From positions 128,001 through 192,000 of the forward strand of contig CAVVYR010000006.1 of the NCBI GenBank assembly GCA_963752475.1: a stretch of 64,000 nucleotides of DNA, written 5' to 3'. How positions within the stretch are numbered: position 1 is the first letter of the stretch; each line of letters starts with the position of its first letter. Below are positions 38,636-48,339 of this stretch, piece after piece. A program made the position numbers and the translations under genes. The stretch is from an uncultured Chloroflexia bacterium (GTDB lineage Bacteria > Chloroflexota > Limnocylindria > Limnocylindrales > CSP1-4). The notes beneath the pieces were generated by a model that ran no database searches, was not told the origin of the DNA, and was given only the letters and a program-made list of their open reading frames with translations.

Positions 38636-41061
38636 TTCTTGAACGATGCCAACAGCTGGATCGGTCCGGCGGCCTTGCCCTTGCCGTTGAGCACGACGAA
38701 GTCGGCCAGCCCGTTCTTGTCGTAGTCGAGCGCGACGACGTCATCGCCGCGGCCCTTCCTGGTGCCGGCCTGGGGGATCTTGACGGAGGTGAACCTGGTG
38801 CCCTTGCCGTTGTTGACCAGCAGCTGGTCGGCACGGTTGATGTCCGTGCCGCCACGCACGATGTAGATGTCTGCGCGCTTGTCGCCGTTGACATCCCCGG
38901 CGGCGACGGCCTGGGCCTTGTCCGTCTTGCGTTCGTAGACCTTCTTGAAGCTGGCCCCCTTGCGGACGCTCACGCGCACGCGGTTGCTGGCCAGCTGGAT
39001 GAGGTCATCCTTGCCGTCGCCGTTGACGTCGGCCATGGTCACGTCGATGTCGCCGATGGGCTTGACGCCCACGGCCCTGGTGCGGTCCAGGAGCTTGCCG
39101 CCCTGGTTGCGATAGATACGCAGCCCGGGGGTGCCGCCGCCCACGGGGAAGCGGGCGCAGAGCAGCAGGTCCTCGTCCTTGTCGCCGTCCACGTCGATGC
39201 CATCGGCACAGTAGCCGCCGATCGGCCGGTCGAGCCCGATGCCCGGAGCGCTCCTGAATGAGCCCCTGACGTTGCGGTAGAAGCGGTTGGTCGAGGGATA
39301 GACGTCCTCTCGCTCCGGCTGCGAAACCATGTACGCCTCGGGGTACTTGTTCTTGTCGAGCCTGATGAGCGCGACGCTACGACCGCGCCCGAGCGGATCG
39401 GCGATGCCAGCGACCTCGCGATCGAAGCGGGGGTTGGGTCCGGCCACGTCGTAGGACAGCTCGTGGTGGTTGATGGATGTGCCGTAGCGCCGGCCCGTGA
39501 TGCAGAGGACGTCGAGCCAGCCGTTGTTGTCGACATCTCCGACGTCGCAATCGTGCCGGTCCACGAGGCTGAAGGCGGTGTTGGGTCCGTCGGAGAACGT
39601 CCCGCCCTCGTTCAGCGCCAGCTTGGGCGCGCCCTGATGGCGCGAGACGAAGACATCCATCCAGCCGTTCTTGTCGAAGTCGCCCACGTGGGCGTGGTAC
39701 GTGCGCGTGGTCTCAGCCAGGCCTGCCGCCGCCGCCATGTCCCTGATGACGAAGTCCGAGGCCCGGACCGGGGCCCTGGCCGGGGAGATCCGGCGCGACG
39801 GCGCCACGTTGGGCATCGACTCGTCGACGACATGGGCTTCGCGCGACTTCTTGCGCTTCTGGATGGCGCCGACCTTGAGCTTGCGGGCGTTGCCCGAGGC
39901 CACGTCAGGGGAGGGCAGGTCGCAGGTTCGCAGTACCAGCGCGGTGAAGCCGATGGTGCCGGTGACGACCGCGCCATCGTCGGTGGCGTCGACCGACTGG
40001 AGGCTGGAGCGGACGTCCGCGGGTGTGTCGATGTAGCGATGCGTCCAGCGTCCGGCATCACGGTGAGCCACGAAGCCGCGGGTCTCGCGGTTCTCGTTGG
40101 CCAGCTGTGTGCCGGCCATCCAGAGCTCACCATTGGCCTTGGCATCAAGGCTCTGGGGGATGGCCGAGACGCCGACCCACCTGAGGATCTCGCGCTTCCA
40201 ACGCTTGCCATTCCACTTCAGCATGAAGGGCGTGTGCTTGGCGCTGTTGCCCTTGACGAGATAGCCGATGGCCCAGCCCTTGCCGTTGGCGGGCATGGCG
40301 ATGTCCGTGAGCACGGCCGTGCCTGCGGGCACCGGTCCGGGTGCGACCGCCTTCCACTTGCCCCTGACGTTCTTGAGGATGAGCGGGCGCATGGTGCCCC
40401 GCTGCTTGCGCCAGCCCACGGCCCAGACGGTGCCGCCGGGGCTCCTGCTCACGCCCAGCAGGCCTGATCCGCCCTTGGGGAAGGGATCGTTCCGGACCCA
40501 GCGGCCATTCCTGCGTTCCAGGATGAGGGCCTTCCAGAAGCCCTTGTCGAGGTATGAACCCACCGCGGAGCCACCGCCGCTGGGCAGGGTGGCCACGTCG
40601 GCCACGGCGGCGTTCACGCGGGCGCCGATGGCGACGGGCTCCTTCTTGAAGACGTTCTTGACGTAGCGACCGACGAGCGGCGAGATCTCCGCGCCCCACG
40701 CAGGCCGCTGGTAGCCACCCACCAGCCAGAGGCCGTTGCCCCGAGCCTGGCCGTCCGCGAGTCCGCGACGCAGTGGGGACTTGGTGTCCCTGGCCACGAG
40801 CCTCTTGCCGTTCCACTTCAGGGCCATGGGACCGCTGTGGCCACCACCCACGACCCAGTCGAGCTTGCCCTCACGCACGACGGAGCCTTGCGGGATGTCG
40901 TTGAAGCTGCCGTCGGGAATGAACAGCTCCTGCCAGCCGTTGGTGCACGCGCCCACGCCGGAAGCGGCAGCCACCGGGGCAGGCCGGGGTGCGGCTGGTA
41001 CCAGGAGCGCGGCGCCCAGGACAGCGACGACCAGCGCCTTGAAGCGGTTCGAGAAGGTCAC
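38632..41061 (-). CDS. Secreted beta-propeller + FG-GAP/VCBS protein, paralog 3
   Basis: Same architecture; GGAG RBS before GTG 41061 (the ORF extends to 41127). Confidence 0.8.
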   Translation of the reverse strand: MTFSNRFKALVVAVLGAALLVPAAPRPAPVAAASGVGACTNGWQELFIPDGSFNDIPQGSVVREGKLDWVVGGGHSGPMALKWNGKRLVARDTKSPLRRGLADGQARGNGLWLVGGYQRPAWGAEISPLVGRYVKNVFKKEPVAIGARVNAAVADVATLPSGGGSAVGSYLDKGFWKALILERRNGRWVRNDPFPKGGSGLLGVSRSPGGTVWAVGWRKQRGTMRPLILKNVRGKWKAVAPGPVPAGTAVLTDIAMPANGKGWAIGYLVKGNSAKHTPFMLKWNGKRWKREILRWVGVSAIPQSLDAKANGELWMAGTQLANENRETRGFVAHRDAGRWTHRYIDTPADVRSSLQSVDATDDGAVVTGTIGFTALVLRTCDLPSPDVASGNARKLKVGAIQKRKKSREAHVVDESMPNVAPSRRISPARAPVRASDFVIRDMAAAAGLAETTRTYHAHVGDFDKNGWMDVFVSRHQGAPKLALNEGGTFSDGPNTAFSLVDRHDCDVGDVDNNGWLDVLCITGRRYGTSINHHELSYDVAGPNPRFDREVAGIADPLGRGRSVALIRLDKNKYPEAYMVSQPEREDVYPSTNRFYRNVRGSFRSAPGIGLDRPIGGYCADGIDVDGDKDEDLLLCARFPVGGGTPGLRIYRNQGGKLLDRTRAVGVKPIGDIDVTMADVNGDGKDDLIQLASNRVRVSVRKGASFKKVYERKTDKAQAVAAGDVNGDKRADIYIVRGGTDINRADQLLVNNGKGTRFTSVKIPQAGTRKGRGDDVVALDYDKNGLADFVVLNGKGKAAGPIQLLASFKK

Positions 41062-41130
41062 GGCAACTCCGACCCTAGCACTACTTCGGGGGATCGGCAG
41101 GACGAATACGACAGACTGTCGTACCAAGGG

Positions 41131-41988
41131 CTACCAGTCGAGCTCCATGTCGAGGTACTCGGCCAGCTCCTCGTTGTGCGGCCGATAGAACTCACGGAGG
41201 TGGTCGATGACCTCCTCGTCGAACGGGTCGTGCGGCTTGTTGCGGTTGCGCATCACCCGTGGCAGCTCCTCGCGGTGGGGGATCCCGAGGTAGTCGCAGA
41301 CCTCCTCCAGCACGCCTGGCGGATCGCGGAACCAGCGTTCGCTCTGGATGACCATGAGCTGGTCATCCGGGAAGTGCGTGCGCCAGCGCTCGAGCTGCGG
41401 CTGGTAGATCCCGCGGCGCACGATGAGCGGGTCGTTGAGGCGTCGATCGCGCGGGATGCGCAGGCCACCGGCATCGCCGCGCGGGCCGATCTCGGCCTCG
41501 ACGGCGTCCTTGAACGAGCGCGTCTCCCCACACTGGCGCAGGCACCAGGCCCAGTGCGAGGCCGCGCGCAACGCCGGGTCGCGCAGGAGTACGAAGAGCT
41601 TGACGCGCGGGATGGCGCGGGCGACGCGGGCGGGCACGTTGGGGTGCGAGAGGTAGGACGGGCTCGACTCGCCCGTGAGCACCGGGTGCAGCCCCTCGGC
41701 ATAGGCGTCGCGCCGGACCCGGTTGGCCGGGAAGCGCAGGCGGTACCAGCCCAGGCCGTAGGTGTAGCGGTGGGTGTCGAAGAAGTGCGTCTCCGCCGGA
41801 CCCTCGAGGACGTTGGGATGGGCGTTGAGCTGGCCCAGCAGGTGGGTGGTACCGCTGCGGGCGGCGCCGATGATGATGAAGTCGGGCAGCAGGTGGGTGC
41901 GGCCGAGAACGCGCCCACGCAGCCGGCGGGCACTCTTGCGGCCGAGCGTGCGTTCGAGCGTGGACTTGACGCTGCCCTTGGGGTCCAT
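41131..41988 (-). CDS. PAPS-dependent sulfotransferase (heparan-sulfate sulfotransferase-like)
   Basis: PDFIIIGAARSGTT (5'PSB), ETHFFD, GESSPSY, LLRDPALRAAS (3'PB), LREFYRPHN. Confidence 0.9.
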   Translation of the reverse strand: MDPKGSVKSTLERTLGRKSARRLRGRVLGRTHLLPDFIIIGAARSGTTHLLGQLNAHPNVLEGPAETHFFDTHRYTYGLGWYRLRFPANRVRRDAYAEGLHPVLTGESSPSYLSHPNVPARVARAIPRVKLFVLLRDPALRAASHWAWCLRQCGETRSFKDAVEAEIGPRGDAGGLRIPRDRRLNDPLIVRRGIYQPQLERWRTHFPDDQLMVIQSERWFRDPPGVLEEVCDYLGIPHREELPRVMRNRNKPHDPFDEEVIDHLREFYRPHNEELAEYLDMELDW

Positions 41989-42036
41989 CGGATGAGTATG
42001 CCAGCGCGCTCCGGTTCGCCACCGTATCCTCCGTGC

Positions 42037-42720
42037 ATGGCGCCCAGCCCGGAGAACATCCGCTCCATCACCCACGACATGCGCAACCTGCTGACCGCCG
42101 TGCGTGGTCATGCCGAGCTGGCTCTCCGTGGTGTCTCGCCCGAGGACCCCGCCCGTGAGGACATCGCCCACGCGGTGGTGGTCACGGCCACGATCTTCGA
42201 TCTCATCGATCAGCTCGATGGCAACGACAGCTCCGGCACGCTCCTGGCCGTCAGCCTCGATCCCAGCGTGCAGTCGATGCGCCGCCTGCTCGACGCGCTC
42301 CTACCGCCATCGATCGAGCTCATCGTGCACACCGATAGCGACGGCGCGCGCGTGGGCATCGCCAAACTGCGCATCGAGCGCATCGTGCTCAACCTCGCAC
42401 TCAACGCGCGGGATGCCATGAACGACGGCGGCACGCTGGCCATCCGCACCGACCGTCTCGACGATGACACGGCTCGCATCATCGTCAGGGACACCGGCCC
42501 CGGCTTCACCGAAGAGGCGCTCGAGCACCTCTTCGAGATCGGCTTCACGACCAAGGGTGATCGTGGTGGCAGTGGCCACGGGTTGGCGGCGCTGGCTCCC
42601 TTCGTGCGCAAGGTGGGTGGCGACATCGAGGTCGACTCGGTGGCCGGCGAGGGCGCCACCATCACGGTCTCGCTACCCGTGGCCGACTTGGCCGAAGCGG
42701 ACGAACGAGTCTCCGACTGA
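42037..42720 (+). CDS. Minimal histidine kinase (HisKA + HATPase, no sensor domain)
   Basis: THDMRNLLT H-box 12 aa from the start; NLALNARDAM, DTGPG, FTTK, GHGL. Confidence 0.85.
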   Translation: MAPSPENIRSITHDMRNLLTAVRGHAELALRGVSPEDPAREDIAHAVVVTATIFDLIDQLDGNDSSGTLLAVSLDPSVQSMRRLLDALLPPSIELIVHTDSDGARVGIAKLRIERIVLNLALNARDAMNDGGTLAIRTDRLDDDTARIIVRDTGPGFTEEALEHLFEIGFTTKGDRGGSGHGLAALAPFVRKVGGDIEVDSVAGEGATITVSLPVADLAEADERVSD

Positions 42721-42839
42721 CGCTCTGGCACCGTCGCGGGCTGCCCTGCCCTGTGTGAAGTCGCTGCTCGGCTCGACCCCGGAGAGGGGAGTAGGATGGA
42801 CCGCTGAGGAAGGATCTCAACGGAGGAACCGCCCAGCCC

Positions 42840-43799
42840 ATGGCAAACCCGCTCGTCACCGTCATCGGCGCCGGCAATGTCGGCGCAACGACCGCGCAAC
42901 GCATCATCGAGCAGGGCCTCGCTGACGTCTGGCTCGTCGATATCGTCGAAGGCCTGCCGCAGGGCAAGGCGCTCGACCTCGCGCAGGCGGCGCCCGTCGC
43001 CGGTCACGACATGGTGGTCCAGGGCACCAACGACTACGCCGACACCGCCGGCTCTGACGTCATCGTCGTCACCTCCGGGCTCGCCCGCCAGCCGGGCATG
43101 AGCCGCGACGACCTGATGGTCAAGAACGCCGCCGTCGTGCGCAGCGTCGTGGAGCAGTCGGTGGCCTACTCGCCGGAGGCCATCGTCATCGTCGTGACCA
43201 ATCCGCTCGACGCCATGTGCCACGTGGCGCTCGAGGCCAGCGGGCTGCCGTCCGATCGCGTCGTGGGCATGGCCGGTGTGCTCGACTCCAGCCGCTTCCG
43301 TACCTTCATCGCCATGGAGCTGGGTGTCTCGGTGGTCAACACCTACGCCTTCGTGCTCGGCGGCCACGGCGACACGATGGTGCCGTTGCCGCGCTACTCG
43401 ACCGTCGGCGGCGTGCCCATCACCGAGCTCATGACGCCAGAGCGCATCGAGGCCATCGTCGACCGCACCCGCAACGGCGGTGCCGAGGTCGTCTCGCTGC
43501 TCAAGACCGGCAGCGCCTACTACGCCCCGGCATCGTCGACGGCATCGATGGTCGATGCCATCGTCAACAACCGGCACATGGTGCTGCCCTGTGCGGCCTA
43601 CCTCGAAGGCCAGTACGGCTATGACGGGCTCTACGTGGGCGTACCCACGCGGCTCGGCAGCGATGGCGTCGAGGGCATCGTCGAGATCGGCCTGACGTCC
43701 GATGAGCAGGCCATGTTCGATCACTCCGCGAACGCGGTGCAGGGGCTCGTCGACAAGCTCGTCGAGATGGGTGCGCTGCGGGACCCGGCGGAGGGCTAG
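42840..43799 (+). CDS. mdh: Malate dehydrogenase (LDH-like)
   Basis: [40 protein letters not shown]. Confidence 0.95.
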   Translation: MANPLVTVIGAGNVGATTAQRIIEQGLADVWLVDIVEGLPQGKALDLAQAAPVAGHDMVVQGTNDYADTAGSDVIVVTSGLARQPGMSRDDLMVKNAAVVRSVVEQSVAYSPEAIVIVVTNPLDAMCHVALEASGLPSDRVVGMAGVLDSSRFRTFIAMELGVSVVNTYAFVLGGHGDTMVPLPRYSTVGGVPITELMTPERIEAIVDRTRNGGAEVVSLLKTGSAYYAPASSTASMVDAIVNNRHMVLPCAAYLEGQYGYDGLYVGVPTRLGSDGVEGIVEIGLTSDEQAMFDHSANAVQGLVDKLVEMGALRDPAEG

Positions 43800-43899
43800 G
43801 ATCCAAGGAGCTCGGGGATCGCTCCGGACTCCCTGATAGGCGACTCCTGGCGGCCGAGATTCCCTTGCACGAGGGCCGTTCGGCACGGGCCCACTAGAC

Positions 43900-43911
43900 A
43901 TAATCGATTAT
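43900..43911. promoter_or_regulatory. Perfect palindrome ATAATCGATTAT (LacI-type operator candidate)
   Basis: AT-rich palindrome with central CG, ~37 nt upstream of mmsA. Confidence 0.5.
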
Positions 43912-43948
43912 CGTTAGTCCAATCACTCCCGGCAGACGAGGTCAGCAC

Positions 43949-45487
43949 ATGACACAGATGAAGGAGTCTCAGTCCGCTGAGACGCAGGGCACCCTCCCCA
44001 GGGTCAGCCACTGGATCGACAACAAGATCGTCCCGAGCACTTCGGGCAAGAGCCGCCCGGTCTACAACCCCGCGACAGGGGAGCAGTCCAAGACCGTCGA
44101 CATCGCCAGCGTCGAGGAGATCGACGCTGCGGTCGCGTCCGCCAAGGCTGCCTTCCCCATGTGGCGCGCGACCTCGCTGTCCAAGCGTGCGGACACGCTC
44201 TTCCGCATCCGCAACGCCTTCGATACGCATCGTGACGAGATCGGCGCGCTCATCACCGCCGAGCATGGCAAGGTCCTGAGCGACTCGCAGGGCGAGCTCG
44301 CGCGCGGCATCGAGAACATCGAGTACGCCTGTGGCGTGCCCCAGCTGCAGAAGGGTGAGTTCAGCGAGCAGGTCAGCGGCGGCGTGGACGTCTACTCCAT
44401 CCGCCAGCCGATCGGCGTCGTCGCGGGCATCACGCCCTTCAACTTCCCGGCCATGGTGCCGATGTGGATGTTCGGCAACGCCATCGCCACCGGCAACACC
44501 TTCGTGCTCAAGCCCTCGACGGTGGACCCCTCCGTGTCGGTCTACCTGGCCGAGCTGATGAAGGAAGCCGGTCTGCCCGACGGTGTCTTCAACGTCATCC
44601 AGGGCGATCGCGTGGCCGTTGCCGGCCTGACCGAGCACCCGGACATCGCGGCCGTCTCGTTCGTCGGCTCGACGCCCGCAGCCAAGCGTATCTACGAGAC
44701 CGGCTCGAAGGCCGGCAAGCGCGTGCAGGCCCTCGGTGGTGCCAAGAACCACATGCTCGTGCTGCCGGACGCGGACATCGGCCTCACCGCCGACGCCTGC
44801 ATCAACGCGGGCTACGGCTCCGCCGGCGAGCGCTGCATGGCCATCGCCACCGTGGTCACCGTGGGCGAGGTCCACGATCCGCTCATCGAGGCCATCAAGG
44901 AGCGCCTCCCGCAGGTCGTGGTCGGCGATGGCACCGACCCTGCGTCGATGATGGGACCGCTGGTGACCGAGACCCATCGCGACAAGGTCGCCGGCTACAT
45001 CGAGGCCGGCGAGAAGGACGGGGCCAAGATCGTGGCCGACGGCCGCGAGCACCAGCTGTACAAGGAGTCGGACGGCTTCTACCTCGGCGTCTCGCTCATC
45101 GACGACGTCAAGCCCAACATGTCCTGCTACACCGACGAGATCTTCGGCCCGGTGCTGACCGTGGTGCGGGTGGACACGTACGAAGAGGGCGTGGCCCTTA
45201 TCAACAGCCACGAGTTCGGCAACGGCACGGCCATCTTCACCCGTGACGGTGGCGCCGCTCGCCAGTTCCAGTTCGACATCGACGTCGGGATGGTGGGCAT
45301 CAACGTGCCCATCCCAGTGCCGGTCTCGTACTACAGCTTCGGTGGCTGGCGTGGCTCGCTCTTCGGCGACACGCACATGTACGGCCCCGAGGGCATGAAG
45401 TTCTACACCAAGGGCAAGGTCATCACCTCGCGGTGGCCGGACCCCTCCACCTCGGAGATCAACCTGGGCTTCCCGCGCACCAAGTAG
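43949..45487 (+). CDS. mmsA: CoA-acylating (methyl)malonate-semialdehyde dehydrogenase
   Basis: ITPFNFPAMVPMW, GGAKNH, GSAGERCMA, EIFGP, GINVPIPVP. Confidence 0.95.
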   Translation: MTQMKESQSAETQGTLPRVSHWIDNKIVPSTSGKSRPVYNPATGEQSKTVDIASVEEIDAAVASAKAAFPMWRATSLSKRADTLFRIRNAFDTHRDEIGALITAEHGKVLSDSQGELARGIENIEYACGVPQLQKGEFSEQVSGGVDVYSIRQPIGVVAGITPFNFPAMVPMWMFGNAIATGNTFVLKPSTVDPSVSVYLAELMKEAGLPDGVFNVIQGDRVAVAGLTEHPDIAAVSFVGSTPAAKRIYETGSKAGKRVQALGGAKNHMLVLPDADIGLTADACINAGYGSAGERCMAIATVVTVGEVHDPLIEAIKERLPQVVVGDGTDPASMMGPLVTETHRDKVAGYIEAGEKDGAKIVADGREHQLYKESDGFYLGVSLIDDVKPNMSCYTDEIFGPVLTVVRVDTYEEGVALINSHEFGNGTAIFTRDGGAARQFQFDIDVGMVGINVPIPVPVSYYSFGGWRGSLFGDTHMYGPEGMKFYTKGKVITSRWPDPSTSEINLGFPRTK

Positions 45488-45490
45488 CGC

Positions 45491-45976
45491 ATGAGCCCTG
45501 ACTCACGGCGGAGCGGGCGCTCGTTCGCCCCGCCCCGGTGGGTCTACCGGACGCTCTGGGCACTCCATCGAGCCGGCTACCGCATCAGCGGCGGCCGGCT
45601 CGGTCTTCGTTCGGGAGCCAAGGATCGCCTTGGCACGCTGCGCCTGCGCACGGTCGGGCGCAAGTCGGGCGAGGAGCGGGCCTCCATGCTCTACTACCTG
45701 CCCGCGGGCGAGGGCTATGCGGTGGTTGCTTCCAACGCCGGCGCTACGTACCCGCCGGCCTGGTGGCTGAACCTGCAGGCTCAGCCCGATGGTACGGTCG
45801 ACCTGCCGGGTCGCTCGGTCGCCGTGCGGGCGCGCCTGTCTGCGGGAGCGGAGCGTGACGACCTCTGGCGCCGCTTCGTCGAGCGGCTGGCCGACTACGA
45901 GCGCTACGCTCAGCAGGCCGAGCGGGAGATCCCCATCGTCATCCTCGAACCCAGCGCCGGGAGACCCGATGCCTGA
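45491..45976 (+). CDS. Ddn-like F420H2-dependent (deazaflavin) nitroreductase
   Basis: LRTVGRKSGEER, VASNAG..PAWWLNL, YAQQAEREIPIVILEP. Confidence 0.88.
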   Translation: MSPDSRRSGRSFAPPRWVYRTLWALHRAGYRISGGRLGLRSGAKDRLGTLRLRTVGRKSGEERASMLYYLPAGEGYAVVASNAGATYPPAWWLNLQAQPDGTVDLPGRSVAVRARLSAGAERDDLWRRFVERLADYERYAQQAEREIPIVILEPSAGRPDA

Positions 45977-46637
45977 ACTGCGCGTCAGCGCCATGATCTT
46001 CGATATGGACGGGGTCGTCATCGACTCCGGTGATGTCTATGCCAAGCACTGGCGCGCCTGGGGCGCGGAGCATGGCTATGAGTACGATCGTGACATCGCC
46101 CACGTCCATCCCGGCCGGCCGCCGGCCGAGACCATCCGCGTGGTGGCTCCGCATCTCGACGCCGAAGCCGAGTCGGTAGCCTTCAACGATGCGCTCGAGA
46201 CGGACGACGGCGAGGACGCCATCGCGGCCATGCCCGGGGCGCTGGAGCTGCTGGCGAGCTTGCCCCGAGGACGCTGGACCATCGCCACCAGTGCCTTTCG
46301 CGGCGTGGCCCGTGAGTGGCTGGCCCACGTGGGGCTGCCTGAGCCGGCCGAGCTCGTGACCGTCGATGACGTCGAGCATGGCAAGCCGGCGCCCGATCCG
46401 TACCTGCGGGCGGCGGAGCTGCTGGGCTTCGACCCGGCGCGCTGCCTCGTCATCGAGGACGCCCCCGCGGGCGTGCAGGCAGCCAAGGCCGCCGGTGCCA
46501 CCGTGCTCTCGCTACGCACGACGCATGGCGCTGCCGACCTGGCCGCGGCCGACTACGGCACGGCCGGACTGCACACCATCGAGGCCGCCCTCGATGGTGA
46601 GGCCATCGTGGTCAGCTGGGAGCCGGCACAAGACTGA
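45969..46637 (+). CDS. HAD-IA sugar phosphatase
   Basis: IFDMDGV, GKPAPDPY, IEDAPAG. Confidence 0.9.
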   Translation: MPELRVSAMIFDMDGVVIDSGDVYAKHWRAWGAEHGYEYDRDIAHVHPGRPPAETIRVVAPHLDAEAESVAFNDALETDDGEDAIAAMPGALELLASLPRGRWTIATSAFRGVAREWLAHVGLPEPAELVTVDDVEHGKPAPDPYLRAAELLGFDPARCLVIEDAPAGVQAAKAAGATVLSLRTTHGAADLAAADYGTAGLHTIEAALDGEAIVVSWEPAQD

Positions 46638-46689
46638 CCCGGGTCAGTCTCGCGGTGGTGGCTCGTTCACGCCCCGCGGCGGTGCGACA

Positions 46690-48111
46690 CTACTTCAGGT
46701 ACTCGCGAGCGACCTCGCGCTTGAGGAACTTGCCGGCGCCCGACTGGCCCTTCCACTCGCCGTCCTCGACGACGACCGCGCCACGCGAGAGCACGATGTC
46801 GCTGCCGCCCTGGACCTCCATGCCCTCGTAGCAGCTGTAGTCGACGTTCATGTGGTGGGTCTCCGCCGAGAGCATGTGCTTGCGCTCGGGGTCGTAGATG
46901 ACGACGTCGGCGTCGTAGCCGGGAGCGATGACGCCCTTCACCCCGGCAAGACCGAAGATCCTGGCCGCCGACGTCGAGGTGATCTCCACCCAGCGCTCCT
47001 TGGTGTAGCGGCCGTTGACCACGCCCTGGAACATCAGGTCCATGCGTTCCTCGACGCCGGGCAGGCCATTGGGGATCTTGCGGAAGTCGTCCTTGCCCAG
47101 ATCCTTCTGGCCCACGAAGTCGAAGGGGCAGTGGTCCGTGCCCACGGTCTGCAGGTCGTCCCTGATGAGGCCGCGCCAGAGGTCTTCCTGGTGGTCGGCC
47201 GGGCGCAGTGGCGGGCTGCACACGTACTTGGCGCCCTCGAACCCGTTCTTCATGTCCTCGAGCGAGAGGAAGAGGTACTGCGGACACGTCTCGGCAAAGG
47301 CCATGGCGCCACGATCGCGACCACGCACGACCTCCTCGAGCGCATCGCGCGAGCTGAGATGGACGATGTAGACGGGCACCTCCGCAGCCTCCGCGAAGCG
47401 GATGCAGCGGTTGACGGCCTCACCCTCGAAGACGGGATAGCGCGAGACGCCGTGGTAGTAGGGATCGGTCAGGCCGGCCTCGGCGTTGGCGTTGGCGATG
47501 ACGTCGATGGGCACGCCGTTCTCGGCGTGCATCAGGATGAGGCCGCCGTTCTCGGCGGTCTGGCGCATGGCCCGGAAGATGGCCCCGTCGTCAGAGAGGA
47601 AGACGCCCGGGTAGGCCGTGAAGAGCTTGAAATCGGTGATGCCTTCCTCGACGAGCGCGTCCATCTCCTTGAGCGTGGCGTCGTTGACGTCGCCCATGAT
47701 CATGTGGAAGCCGTAGTCGATCGAGGCCTTGCCCTCGGCCTTGGCCATCCAGGTCTCGAGGCCGGGGCGCAGCGCCTCACCCTTGGTCTGGACCGCGAAG
47801 TCGATGATGGTGGTCGTGCCGCCGAACGCGGCCGCACGCGTGCCCGTCTCGAAGTCGTCCTTGGAGAAGGCCCCGCCGAAGGGCAGGTCGAAGTGCGTGT
47901 GCGGATCGATGCCGCCGGGGATGACCCAGCGGCCCTTGGCGTCGATGATGCGGTCGACCGAGGCTTCGGTCAGGCCTGACAGCACCTGGCCGGAGAGCGA
48001 CTCGCCCCGGAGGAGACCGACGGCCGCGATCTTCTCGTCCTCGATCAGGACATCGGCCCGGTATGAACCGTCTGCGTTGACGACGGTGCCGTTGGTGATG
48101 AGCGTTCGCAT
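46690..48111 (-). CDS. hydA: Dihydropyrimidinase
   Basis: PGGIDPHTH, GGTTTIIDF, FKLFTAY, HAENG, VGTDHCPF, IPNGLPG. Confidence 0.95.
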   Translation of the reverse strand: MRTLITNGTVVNADGSYRADVLIEDEKIAAVGLLRGESLSGQVLSGLTEASVDRIIDAKGRWVIPGGIDPHTHFDLPFGGAFSKDDFETGTRAAAFGGTTTIIDFAVQTKGEALRPGLETWMAKAEGKASIDYGFHMIMGDVNDATLKEMDALVEEGITDFKLFTAYPGVFLSDDGAIFRAMRQTAENGGLILMHAENGVPIDVIANANAEAGLTDPYYHGVSRYPVFEGEAVNRCIRFAEAAEVPVYIVHLSSRDALEEVVRGRDRGAMAFAETCPQYLFLSLEDMKNGFEGAKYVCSPPLRPADHQEDLWRGLIRDDLQTVGTDHCPFDFVGQKDLGKDDFRKIPNGLPGVEERMDLMFQGVVNGRYTKERWVEITSTSAARIFGLAGVKGVIAPGYDADVVIYDPERKHMLSAETHHMNVDYSCYEGMEVQGGSDIVLSRGAVVVEDGEWKGQSGAGKFLKREVAREYLK

Positions 48112-48339
48112 CGGTCCCTCCAGTGGTGTCGGTCCTGTGATCGGCTCGACGGATAGGCGCAGGGGGGCGCGGCCAGTGCTGTCATGGTAGTCCGGGTGAG
48201 CGGGCGACCGCTCGCTGCCAACGGCCGTGGCAGCGGGTCGCGGTTCTGTTTCGGGGCCGACTCGGTGCCTTCAGGCTCGCCTGATGCGCGCGCTGTGCCG
48301 ACGGAGGTACGACAGCTCGTCGTGTACCGTAGGCGTGTC

